A stretch of 64,000 bases of DNA, from the NCBI GenBank assembly GCA_026770705.1, contig JANJGN010000021.1, positions 66,092,001 through 66,156,000 on the forward strand, read 5' to 3'. Both the position numbers and the translations under genes were made by a program. Numbering within the stretch: position 1 is the first letter of the stretch; each line of letters opens with the position of its first letter. Shown one piece after another: positions 28,216 through 40,000 of this stretch. A model generated the notes under the pieces. The model ran no database searches and was not told where the DNA came from. It saw only the letters and a program-made list of their open reading frames with translations. Source of the stretch: Isurus oxyrinchus. Taxonomy: Eukaryota.

Positions 28216-28588
28216 GTTGGAATTGAGGAAAATACAAAATTGCAAGTACTGATCAAGTCACCTTTAGCAACCCCCAGCAAAAAATAAATCTGCACATGTT
28301 CTCTGCCCCAGGACAGTCCCCCCACCCCCCTTCTACAATGCTGACTGGGACTGAAGGTCTCGAGAATCAAGCCCCCGCACCCTGTACCAGCAGGCCCTAT
28401 GACATGATTAAGTGCAAGTGGACCTCCAAACACAGTTAGTGCACCTGATAATCTAAGCAGAAACTGAAATCAGGATCACTCCCCAATTGAATCTCTCTCC
28501 TTTCTCTCACAGGTAATTAAAGAGATTTAACTGTTAAAATGCAGCAATGCAATCAAGCCCCCAAAACGAAATCAATGAATCAATCAGT

Positions 28589-29100
28589 GGGCAGACTTTT
28601 CCACTCCCAGCAGCGGCGGCAATCATGGCAGGCGGCAATCGTGGCGGCAAAAGAACATTGTTTCATGACTGTACCTAAAAGTGGCGAGCGAGGCTTCTGC
28701 CTGGACTTTCAGGTCAGTAGAAACTGCTTTCACCTTCCTTTCACACCATCACTGAGAGATATCAGCTGCCTGTCACACATACCGTGCCAAGGCTTGGCAC
28801 AGGGCAGGGGTGAATCCAGGGTATGACTTGGGTTGTGCTGGTAAATCAAGGAGCAAAGTGGGAGAGTTACTGGCTCATTGGAGCCTCTGAAGTCAGGATC
28901 CTGAGAGTCAGGATCCTGCCACAATGAGTATCATCGTGCTCCTCCCGGATGGGTATTTAATGAGCTGACCTGAGCAAGATCTCGCGTGTCCAGCAACACC
29001 CACCCTTCACCCCCGCACTGCCCCACAGCTTTTCAACAGAAGTCATTCCGACTTCAATTCCCGCCACCGGACTCGGTCTCCACAATGGAAAATTCTGCCC
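28589..29100. mobile_element. Non-autonomous TIR element (MITE, PIF/Harbinger-like), 512 bp
   Basis: Left end GGGCAGACTTTTCC, right end reverse complement GGGCAGAATTTTCC (13/14). AGT on both flanks gives a 3-bp TSD. Confidence 0.75.
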
Positions 29101-29370
29101 AGTATCCCAGAGTCTGTGCAGTAAAATCAAATTAATTCAATAACAGAAAGCGCACACATTTCATTACCTATAGAACCCCCCCCGCCCCACCCCCCCTCAG
29201 TTTCAGAGTTACAGATGTCAAGTCACTGCTTCAATGAAAACCCACCCCCCTGATTCTCTCATCAACTCCTCACGCTGACTGTTGACTGAACTCCCTGGAA
29301 CGTCAGCAGGACACGAGAGGCCACTGGGGAAGAGAAACAAAATGCAGTTAGAGTGAGGCACACACTCCAC

Positions 29371-30505
29371 ACCCACCAAACACCAGCAGCAAACCCCATC
29401 AGACCCAGCCAAACACCAGCAGCAAACCCCATCAGACCCAGCCAAACACCAGCAGCAAACCCCATCAGACCCACACAAACACCAGCAGCAAACCCCATCA
29501 GACCCACCCAAACACCAGCAGCAAACCCCATCAGACCCCAAACACCAGCAGCAAACCCCATCAGACCCACCCAAACTCCAGCAGCAAACCCCATCAGACC
29601 CCCAAACACCAGCAGCAAACCCCATCAGACCCCAAACACCAGCAGCAAACCCCATCAGACCCCCAAACACCAGCAGCAAACCCCATCAGACCCACCCAAA
29701 CACCAGCAGCGAACCCCATCAGACCCCAAACACCAGCAGCAAACTCCATCAGACCCATCCAAACACCAGCAGCAAACCCCATCAGACCCACCCAAACACC
29801 AGCAGCAAACCCCATCAGACCCACCCAAATACCAGCAGCAAACCCCATCAGACCCCAAACACCAGCAGTGAACCCCATCAGACCCCAAACACCAGCAGCA
29901 AACTCCATCAGACCCACCCAAACTCCAGCAGCAAACCCCATCAGACCCACCCAAACTCCAGCAGCAAACCCCATCAGACTCACCCAAACACCAGCAGCAA
30001 ACTCCATCAGACCCACCCAAACTCCAGCAGCAAACCCCATCAGACCCAAACACCAGCAGCAAACCCCATCAGACCCCCAAACACCAGCAGCAAACCCCAT
30101 CAGACCTACCCAAATGCCAAAAAATCCCATGAGACCCCCAAATACCAGCAACAAACCCCATCAGACCCACCCAAACACCAGCAGCAAACCCCATAAGACC
30201 TACCCAAATGCCAAAAAATCCCACGAGACCCCCAAACACCAGCAACAAACCCCATCAGACCCACCCAAACACCAGCAGTAAACCCCATCAGACCCACCCA
30301 AACACCAGCAGCAAACCCCATCACACCCACCCAAACACCAGCAGCAAATGCCATCAGACCCACCCAAACACCAGCAGCAAACCCCATCAGACCCACCCAA
30401 ACACCAGCAGCAAACCCCATCAGACCTACCCAAATGCCAAAAAATCCCATGAGACCCCCAAACACCAGCAACAAACCCACCCCAGACCCACCCAAACACC
30501 AGAAA
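29371..30505. repeat. Intron 7 minisatellite, 28-33-bp unit (AGACCCACCCAAACACCAGCAGCAAACCCCATC)
   Basis: About 35 tandem copies, starting just beyond the branch point. Confidence 0.97.
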
Positions 30506-30770
30506 AACCTATCAGACATCTTGGTCTCCATAACCCACTGGATCTCAGGGGAAAGAGAACATGAGACCCCAGTGAAAACTTAATTCCTTGAAATATAATT
30601 CAGCAGCTGACTGGAGGCCACATGCAGGTGAGATGCTATAAAATGTGCCCCCCACCACCCCTCCCACACCCAATTACCCATGACATCTCCAGCCTCAGAT
30701 CAACAACTCCAGGAGGCCAGTCTCAAAACTTAGTGTCAAGTTGTATGATCCAGTCTTTAATGCATATAGG

Positions 30771-30797
30771 AAGAGAGAGAAACAGAGACAGAGACAA

Positions 30798-30842
<45 letters not shown>

Positions 30843-30851
30843 GAGAGAGAG
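30771..30851. repeat. (GA)n/(GAGACA)n microsatellite
   Basis: Directly visible. Confidence 0.95.
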
Positions 30852-30977
30852 ATACTGCACTCAGATTCCACACTCAGATTCCACCTCGAGATTGTACAGT
30901 TAACACCAACAGTAAAACTCCAGTTTCAAGGCCAGTGCACAATCTGCTCACACTATTGATCAGTGATGTTCATACCT

Positions 30978-31024
30978 TTAGGCATTGGCGGAGGAAGCTG
31001 ATGAGGAATCCCCTTTATCAGAAG
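30978..31024 (-). CDS. MHC class I exon 7, cytoplasmic (TSDKGDSSSASSANA*)
   Basis: Acceptor ttcttccattaacag|CT, Ser-rich tail ending in Ala, TAA at 30980-30978, then AG|GTATGA donor (exon ends 30976). Confidence 0.88.
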
Positions 31025-34000
31025 CTGTTAATGGAAGAACAAACATTAAAAACTATTTATTGTCAGAGAGCCACAGACAAAGAGAGCCAGAGGCTGTCAC
31101 ATACTAACACAAGAGGATGAAGGTGACACACACATAGGCACATGCACACACACAGTCACACAGACACACACACACTCAGGCAAAGGGAGAGGTCACATGC
31201 TGATGAAGACAGAACAGTAAACTGGTCCCAGTACAGACACAGAATGAGCAAGGTTTCCTGCTCTTTACACAGTTAGATGAAGATCTGGTGTTTTGAGGTA
31301 GACTTACTCTTTGCCGGATTGTAGCCAGTCTTCTGCCCCGCTGTAAAACAAGGAAGTCTCAGTTAGTGACATTCAGAGAGGAAAGAGGTGGAAGATCGAG
31401 ACTATTTTATCTTTCCCAGTCACTTCCCCTGCCTGTCCGGACCACCACTCATAGGAAGATGAGAACATAGTAACAGGATGAGACTATTTATTCATAGAGG
31501 ATGTTTCGACATTCAGTGAGATTATGGCTGATCTGCAATCTCATTCCACTGACCCCCCCTCACCCCCCAACTTTGCCCATATCACTTCATACCTTTGACT
31601 CACAAGATCAATTCAGTTTTAAAATTGACAATGGTCATTTGTGGAAGCAAGTTCCAAATGTCTATCACTCTTTGTATGTAGAAGTGTTTCCTAATTCCAC
31701 TCCTGAAAGATCTGGCTCTAATTTTTGGATGATCCCCCCTAGTCCTAGACTCCCCAGCCACTGAAAATAGATTCACCCTGCTCCCTGTTCTCATTATCTT
31801 GAAAATTTCCATTAAACCACCTCTCCACTTTCTAGATTGCAGAGAATACATTCCCAGTTTGTTTAATCTCTCCTCAAAACTTAACTTGTGCAGTCATCCT
31901 AGTAAATCTACAGTGCACTCCCTCCTTCCTATGGTGAGGGGACCAGACCTGCTCCCATTATTCCAGGTGTGGTCAAACCTGGGCTTTGTAAAGCTGAAAC
32001 ATCACTTCTACCCCCTTGGATTATTTTCCTTCAGATAGAAAAAGCAGCATTCCATTCACCTTTCTGATTATTTTCTCTCCCTGTCCAGGACATTTTCATG
32101 ATCTCTGGGCCTGGATCCCCAAGCATCTTTGAACCTCCACTGTTTCTAGTTTGTCACCATTTATAATCTACCTTTGTAAGGTTTGTAGGTTCGAATTGCT
32201 GACATTGAAATCCTCTCGCTACAGTTTTACTTAATTTATCATTGTCTTTTTAATTTTATACTTCCATCTACATTATAGGCAATGATGCCAATCTTCGTAC
32301 CATCGACAAATTTGGAGATGTGGTTTTCTATCCCATCATCTAAGTCATGACTGAATGGTTGAGACCCAACACAGATCCTTGCAGGGCATAAATAGTCACA
32401 TCCTGCCAATTAGATTATCACCATACACATTATTGCTACTCTGTCTCCTGCCAGTCAGTCAATTTCCTAACCAGTTAAAATAATTTCCCTCCAATTTTGA
32501 GTTTCAGCTTTAGTTAATAACCTCTCATGGGGGACTTCATCAAATGCTTTCTCAAAGTCCATATAAATAAAATCCATAGACATTCCCCTGGCCACCACTT
32601 TAATCACCTCTTCAAAAAAGTTCACTCAAGTTAACTTGACATGAGCTATCTCTTTACAAAACCATGTGGCTCTCTCTGACCAACATAAGTCACCCCATTG
32701 TTAATCATAGATGGTCATCATTTCCTCACAACGCATAATGGGTCCGTATTTCTCTGGTTTCCCCCACTCAACTTTCTTAAACAGCGTAGAGAGAGGTGTA
32801 ATTTTTTAATCTGAAGGAATGGATACCCAACTGATAATTTTGGAGATTATTGTTCCAGCACGTGCAATGCTCCTGGGGTTTTGTCACCATTTAGTGTTAT
32901 TAATTTCTCCAATACCGTGACATTGCTTCTGTGAATTTTGATGATTCCGTGTCTCTGATACTATAATAGTTCACTGACATACTGACCATTTCCTCTACTA
33001 TAAATATTGACACCATATAATCATTCAGCACCTACACCTTCTTATTTCCATTAACAATATCACAATTATCAGTTTTCTAAAGGCCCACAATGTTTCTGAA
33101 CACACTCCTTTTCCCTAATGTAACTATCGAGGTTTTGTGTGTTGATTTTGATATTCCATGCAAATTTCTTCACAGGTTTATTTTTGTAGCTCTCACTACC
33201 TGCTTTCTCAATCTTTGTTGTTCTTTGTACCTTTCCATTTAGCAGGATCTATGCAATTTTTGCATTTTGTAAGTTATTTCTTTCAGTTTTACTGTTCTCT
33301 CTTCAATTGTCCACGGTTAGCTTTTTATGCAAGTACAGCTCTTGTCCTTTGGGTGTCTAAATTGGTTTTGTATTATATGAGATTCCTTTTTCAACACCTC
33401 CTCCTGACATTGTGTGAACTTACCATTAAGAGATTTGCCCAGTTTACTGTGGACAATCCATTCAAGTCAGTCTTACCAAATCGAGAATCTTAGCTGGTTC
33501 ATGTTTCTCGCTTTCAGAATTACATGAACCCAATCCTAGAATGACCATTACTGGATAAACATTCAAACACTGTTAGGGTGCTAATTTAATCTGTTCTAGG
33601 ATATATGTTGTGTTAGAAAACTAGCCAGAAACATTCAAGAAATTCACTACCTTCTGACATGTGCTTATCCCAATCTCTCTGGAAGTTAAAATCTCTCATT
33701 AAACCATCCTGCCTTTGCTACATACATACTGCCTAATCGCAGCATTTATACACATCCCAGCTTCACAGCTGCTACCAATGTGCCAACTCCCACTAAAGTC
33801 TTAATCCTTTTCTGTTTCTTAATTTAACCCATAATATCTCCACTGTCTGCCCACCTATCGTTATATCTCCTCTTATCATTGAAGGGATTTCATCCGTAAT
33901 CATTAAGGCTACACCACCCTCTCTACGTTTTCCTGATCCTATTTCTGAGTATATTTAGTTCCTGGTCCTAAAGGTCGAGCAGCCACATCTACCATGTCAA

Positions 34001-37000
34001 ACCCTCCAAAGTGAATTATGTTTGCAATTCGTACAATGACTACTTTGTGTTTGTATAAAGCATACTTATTTGGGCCTGACAGCATAACTGGTCCATCCAC
34101 CCACACTTCACTCACACATTTACTGAATCACTCTCCCAATTTAATTATTTGACGTCTTGAAGTTTCCCCACAATTTGTAGTTCCTAAAGTTCAACCCCAA
34201 CCCCCGCTCCCTCACCCAACTCCACCACCTCATCCCACTGGGCCCCAACATTGACACTCTCTTGCACCCAGTGCCACCCTATGCCCACTACATCTTATAT
34301 CTCTGTAATCCACACTAGTTCCCCAATCCGTCCCACACTTCCAGCACCAAGAGTCCCTTCCCCCAGCGTGTACTTGCCATTTTCTCCACAATTCCTACCT
34401 TTCTTTTTGTAGAAGACGAAAGCCACAATGGCGAGAGCGATGAGCAGAACAGCAATCACAACACCAACAATAATAGGGATCATGGAGTCAGCCTTTGGTT
34501 CTGAAAGACAGAGTGAATGGGAAAGTCACATACCAGAGATCAGACACAAAACAGGAGGATTCACTAAACAATGTGGCACTGTAGTTTCCCAGGATACACT
34601 GAGCCCAATCCCACAGTAATATCCCAGGATACAGTGAGCCCACTCACACTGTAATATCCCGAACACACTGAGACCATTCACACAGCTCAGCACTGACCCT
34701 CTCGCCTGTAGAGAGAGAGACTGGATCCTCACACAGCTCAGCACTGACTCTCTCTCTCTCTTGTACAGAGAGAGACTGGATCCTCACACAGCTCAGCACT
34801 GACCCTCCCTCTTGTACAGAGAGAGACTGGATCCTCACACAGCTCAGCACTGACCCGCTCTCCTGTGCAGAGACTGGATCCTCACACAGCTCAGCACTGA
34901 CCCTCCCTCTTGTACAGAGAGAGACTGGATCCTCACACAGCTCAGCACTGACCCGCTCTCCTGTACAGAGAGAGACTGGATCCTCACACAGCTCAGCACT
35001 GACCCGCTCTCCTGTAGAGAGAGACTGGATCCTCACACAACTCAGCACTGACCCGCTCTCCTGTACAGAGAGAGACTGGATCCTCACACAGCTCAGCACT
35101 GACCCTCTCTCCTGTACAGAGAGAGACTGGATCCTCACACAGTTCAGCACTGACACTCTCTCCTGTAGAGAGACTGGATCCTCACACAGCTCAGTACTGA
35201 CCCTCTCTCCTGTACAGAGCTAGACTGGATCCTCACACAGCTCAGCACTGACCCTCTCTCCTGTACAGAGACTGGATTCTCACACAGTCAGCACTGACCC
35301 TCTCTCCTGTAGAGAGAGAGACAGGATTCTCATACAGCTCAGCACTGACCCGCTCTTCTGTAGAGAGACTAGATCCTCCACAGCTCCGTATTGACCTTCT
35401 CTCCTGTACAGAGAGAGAAGGTTTCTCAAATAGCTCAGCACTGACCCTCTCTCCTGTACCAAGAGAGACTAGATCCTCATACAGCTCAGCACTGACCATC
35501 TCTCCCGTAGAGAGAGAGGCCTAATTCATACACAGCTTAGCACTGACCCTCTCTCCTGTACAGAGACTGGATCCTCACACAGCTCAGCACTGACCATCTC
35601 TCCTGTACAGAGACTGGAGTCTCACACAGCTCAGCACTGACCCTCTCTCCTGTACAGAGACTGGATTCTCACACAGCTCAGCACTGACCCTCTCTCCTGT
35701 ACAGAGACTGGATCCTCACACAGCTCTGCACTGACCCGCTCTCCTGTAGAGAGACTGGATCCTCACACAGCTCAGCACTGACCCTCTCTCCTGTAGAGAG
35801 AGAGACTGGATCCTCACACAGCTCAGCACTGACCCTCTCTCTTGTACAGAGAGAGACTGGATCCTCACACAGCTCAGCACTGACCCCCCCCCTCTTGTAT
35901 AGAGAGAGACTGGATCCTCACACAGCTCAGCACTGACCCTCTCTCCTGTAGTGAGACTGGATCCTCACACAAATCAGCACTGACCCTCTCTCCTGTAGAG
36001 ACTGGATCCTCACACAGCTCAGCACTGACTCTCTCTCCTGTACAGAGAGAGACAGGATTCTCACACAGCTCAGCACTGACCCGCTCTCCTGTAGAGAGAG
36101 AGACTGGATCCTCACACAGCTCAGCACTGACTCTCTCTCCTGTACAGAGAGAGACAGGATTCTCACACAGCTCAGCACTGACCCGCTCTCCTGTAGAGAG
36201 AGAGACTGGATCCTCACACAGCTCAGCACTGACTCTCTCTCCTGTACAGAGAGAGACAGGATTCTCACACAGCTCAGCACTGACCCGCTCTCCTGTACAG
36301 AGACTGGATCCTCACACAGCTCAGCACTGACCCTCTCTCCTGTAGTGAGACTGGATCCTCACAAAATGGTGGATAATCTTACCATAAAACACGACCATCT
36401 TCCTGTTCAGCACACCCTGATCCACCACACAGGAGAACTTGGCCTGATCCTTCGGGTCAAAGTCCATTAAATTTTGGATCTGGTAAGTGCCATCATGGTT
36501 GGGCCGGGCTCCAGTGGAATGAATCTCCTCGACCTTGGACCCATCTCTCTGCATTTCCACCTTTATGGCCTGAGGGTAGAACCCAGTGGCAACACAGGAG
36601 AGCTTGTTACTGTTCCCCAGACGGGTTAAGGACACGGCTGGAGCAACTGAGAGAGGAGAGAAAGTATTAATACAGGAACAAAGACAAACCTCAGAACCAT
36701 GACACGCTCACTTGCCAACTCCATCTCTCCGCCTCACCCACCCACTCACTGGCTCTCACTGTGGCTCCACTCCTCCCTCACTCTCAAACCCCCTCATCCC
36801 TCATTCCCCTTCACTCACCCCCATCCCCTTCATCCCCTCCATTCCTCTTCACTCCCCCTCCTCCCACTTCAGTCCCCTTCACCCCATCCCTTCTCCACCC
36901 ATTCGCATCCCCCTCTCCCCACCTTCTCTCCCCCAGCCCCCTCTCCTCTCGCCCACCTCCCCTCTCCTCTCTTCCCCATCCCCATCTCCCCATCCCCTCT

Positions 37001-40000
37001 CCTCCATCCCTCTCCCCTATCCCCGTCTTCACCCTCTCCTCTCCCCAACACCTCTCCCCCATCCCCCTCTCCCCCTGATCCCATCCCCCTCTCCCCTCTC
37101 CTGTCCCCCTCTCCCACCCCCCCATTCTCTCCCCCATCCCTCTGCCCTCCCCTCTCCTCCCTATCCCACATCCCCCTTCCCCATCCCCCTCTTCCCCCCA
37201 GCCCTTTCTCGGCCCTCTCCCCATCCCCCCTCTCACCCATCCCTATCCCCCTCTCCACCCCTCTCTTTCCCATCTCCCCCCCTCCTAACCCCCTCTCTCC
37301 CCTCCTCTCTCTCCCCCCATCCGCCCTCCCCCTTCTCCCATTCCCCCTGTCCCCCACCCCCCTCCCCCTTTCCCCCTCTCCATCCCTCCTCTCTCCCCTA
37401 GCTCTCTCCCCATCCCCCCTCGCTCTCTCCCCCCTCCCCCCTCTCTCTTTCCCCCCTATCCCCCTCTCTCCCATTCCCCCTCTCTCCCTCTCCCCACCTC
37501 TCTCCCATCCGCCGCTCTCTCTCCCCCATCCCCCTCTCTCCCTCTCCCCTCTCTCCCTCTCCCCCCTCTCTCCCCACCTCTCTCCCCTCCTCTCTCTCCC
37601 CCCATCCCCCCTCGCTCTCCCCAATCCCTACCTCTCTCTCTCTCTCCCCCCATCCCCCCATCTATCTCTCTTCTCCCACCCCCCTCTCTACTGCCATCCC
37701 CCCACTCTCCCCCCACCCCCGCCCCTCTCCCTCCATCCCCCATCCCACCCCTCTCTCTCTCCTCCCCATCCCCCCTCTCTCTCTCTCCTCCCCATCCCCC
37801 CTCTCTCTTTCTCCCCATCCTCTCTCTCCCCCATCCCCCCCTCTCTCCCCCCCGTCCCCCCCATCCGCCCCCTCTCTCTCCCCCCATTCCCCCTCTCTCC
37901 CCCACATTCCCCCCCACTCTCTCTCCCCCACCCCACCACCCTCTCTCCCCCACCCCACCACCCTCTCTCCCCCATCCCCCCTCTCTCTCCACCATCCCCC
38001 CTCTCTCTCCCATCCCCCTCTCTCCCCCCATCCCCCTGCTCTCTCTCCGCCCCCCATCCCCCCTCTCTTCCCCCAATCCCCCCTCTCTCTCCCCACCATC
38101 CCCCCTCTCTCTCTCTCCCCCCATCCCCCTCCCCCCAATTCTCCCCATCCCCCCTCTCTCTCTCCAACCCCCCTCTCTCTCCCCCCCATTCCCCCGCTCT
38201 CTCTCCCCCCCTCTCTCTCCCCCATCCCTCCCTCTCTCTCTCCCCCATCCCCCTTCTCTCTCTCCCCCCATCCCCACCCTCTCTCTCCCCCCATCCCCAC
38301 CCTCTCTCTCCCCCCCATCCCCCCCATGTCTCCCCCATCCCCCCTCTCTCTCCCCCATTCCCCCCCTCTCTCCCCCCATCACTCCCCCATCCCCCCCTCT
38401 CTCTCTCCAACCCCCCTCTCTCTCCCCCCATCCCTCCTCCCCCCATCCCCCCTCCCTCCCTCTCCCCCATCCCCCCCATCTCTCCCCCATCCCCCCTCTC
38501 CCCCCATCCACCCCTCTCTCCCCCATATCCCCCCATCTCTCCCCCACTCCCCCCCATTCCCCTCCCCCCATCTCTCCCCACCCCCCCATCCCCCCTCTCT
38601 CCCCCCAACCCCCCTCTCTCTCCCCCCATCCCCCCTCTCTCCCCCATCCCCCCCATCTCACCCCCATCCCCCCTCTCTCTCACCCCCATCCTCCCCTCTC
38701 TCTCCCCCATCCCCCCCATCTCTCCCCCATCCCCCCCTCTCTCTCTCTCTCCAACCCCCCCTCTCCCTACCCCCATTTCCCCTCTTTCTCCCCCCATCTC
38801 CCCCTCTCCCTCCACCAAATCCTCCCCCTCTCCCCATCCCCCCTCTCTCCCCCCTCCCATATCTGTCCCCCCATTCCCCCCTCTCTCCCCCATCCCCCCT
38901 CTCCCCCCATCCCCCCTCTCTCCCCCATCCCCCCTCTCCCTCTCCCCCACCCCACCTCTCTCTCCCCCCATCCCCCCCTCCCTCTCCCCCACCCCACCTC
39001 TCTCTCCCCCCATCCACCCCTCTCTCCCCCCATCCCCCCCTCTCTCCCCCACCCCCCTCTCTCTCTCCCCCATTCCCCCCCTCTCTCCCCCCATCTCTCC
39101 CCCATCCCCCCTCTCTCTCTCTCCCATCCCCCCTCTCTCTCCCCCCATCCCTCCTCCCCCCATCCCCCCTCCCTCTCTCCCTCTCCCCCATATCTCTCCC
39201 CCATCCCCCCTCTCTCTCCCCCATTCCCCCTCTCTCCCCCCATCCACCCCTCTCTCCCCCCTATCCCCCCATCTCTCCCCCACATCCCCCTCCCCCATCT
39301 CTCCCCACCCCCCCATCCCCCCTCTCTCCCCCCAACCCCCCTCTCTCTCCCCCCATCCCCCCTCTCTCCCCCATCCCCCCCATCTCACCCCCATCCTCCC
39401 CTCTCTCTCCCCCATCCCCCCATCTCTCCCCATCCCCCCCTCTCTCTCTCTCTCTCTCCAACCCCCCCTCTCCCTACCCCCATTTCCCCTCTTTCTCCCC
39501 CATCTCCCCCTCTCCCTCCACCAAATCCTCCCCCTCTCCCCATCCCCCCCTCTCTCCCCCCCTCCCACATCTCTCCCCATCCCCCCTCTCTCCCCCACCC
39601 CCCTCCCCCTCTCCCCCACCCCCCTCTCCCCCACCCCACCTCTCTCTCCCCCCATCCCCCCTCGCTCTCCCCAATCCCTACCTCTCTCTCTGCCCCCATC
39701 CCCCCATCTATCTCTCTTCTCCCACCCCCCTCTCTACTGCCATCCCCCCACTCTCCCCCCACCCCCGCCCCTCTCCCTCCATCCCCCATCCCACCCCTCT
39801 CTCTCTCCTCCCCATCCCCCCTCTCTCTCTCTCCTCCCCATCCCCCCTCTCTCTTTCTCCCCATCCTCTCTCTCCCCCATCCCCCCCTCTCTCCCCCCCC
39901 GTCCCCCCCATCCGCCCCCTCTCTCTCCCCCCATTCCCCCTCTCTCCCCCACATTCCCCCCCACTCTCTCTCCCCCACCCCACCACCCTCTCTCCCCCAC

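Larger units (their letters stand above)
28190..29323 (-). other. Probable exon 8 (3'UTR) of the MHC class I gene
   Basis: Branch-like ctctaac, then ttttgtttctcttccccag acceptor at 29324. AATAAA at 28215-28210 followed by a GT/T-rich element (gtctctgtctctgtct). 3' end approximate. Confidence 0.65.

Noticed and set aside
34295-34398. TM ORF extension (GRNCGENGK...) as the real cytoplasmic tail
   Set aside because: A donor follows KKK, and two well-formed cytoplasmic exons with the conserved Tyr and Ser motifs lie downstream.
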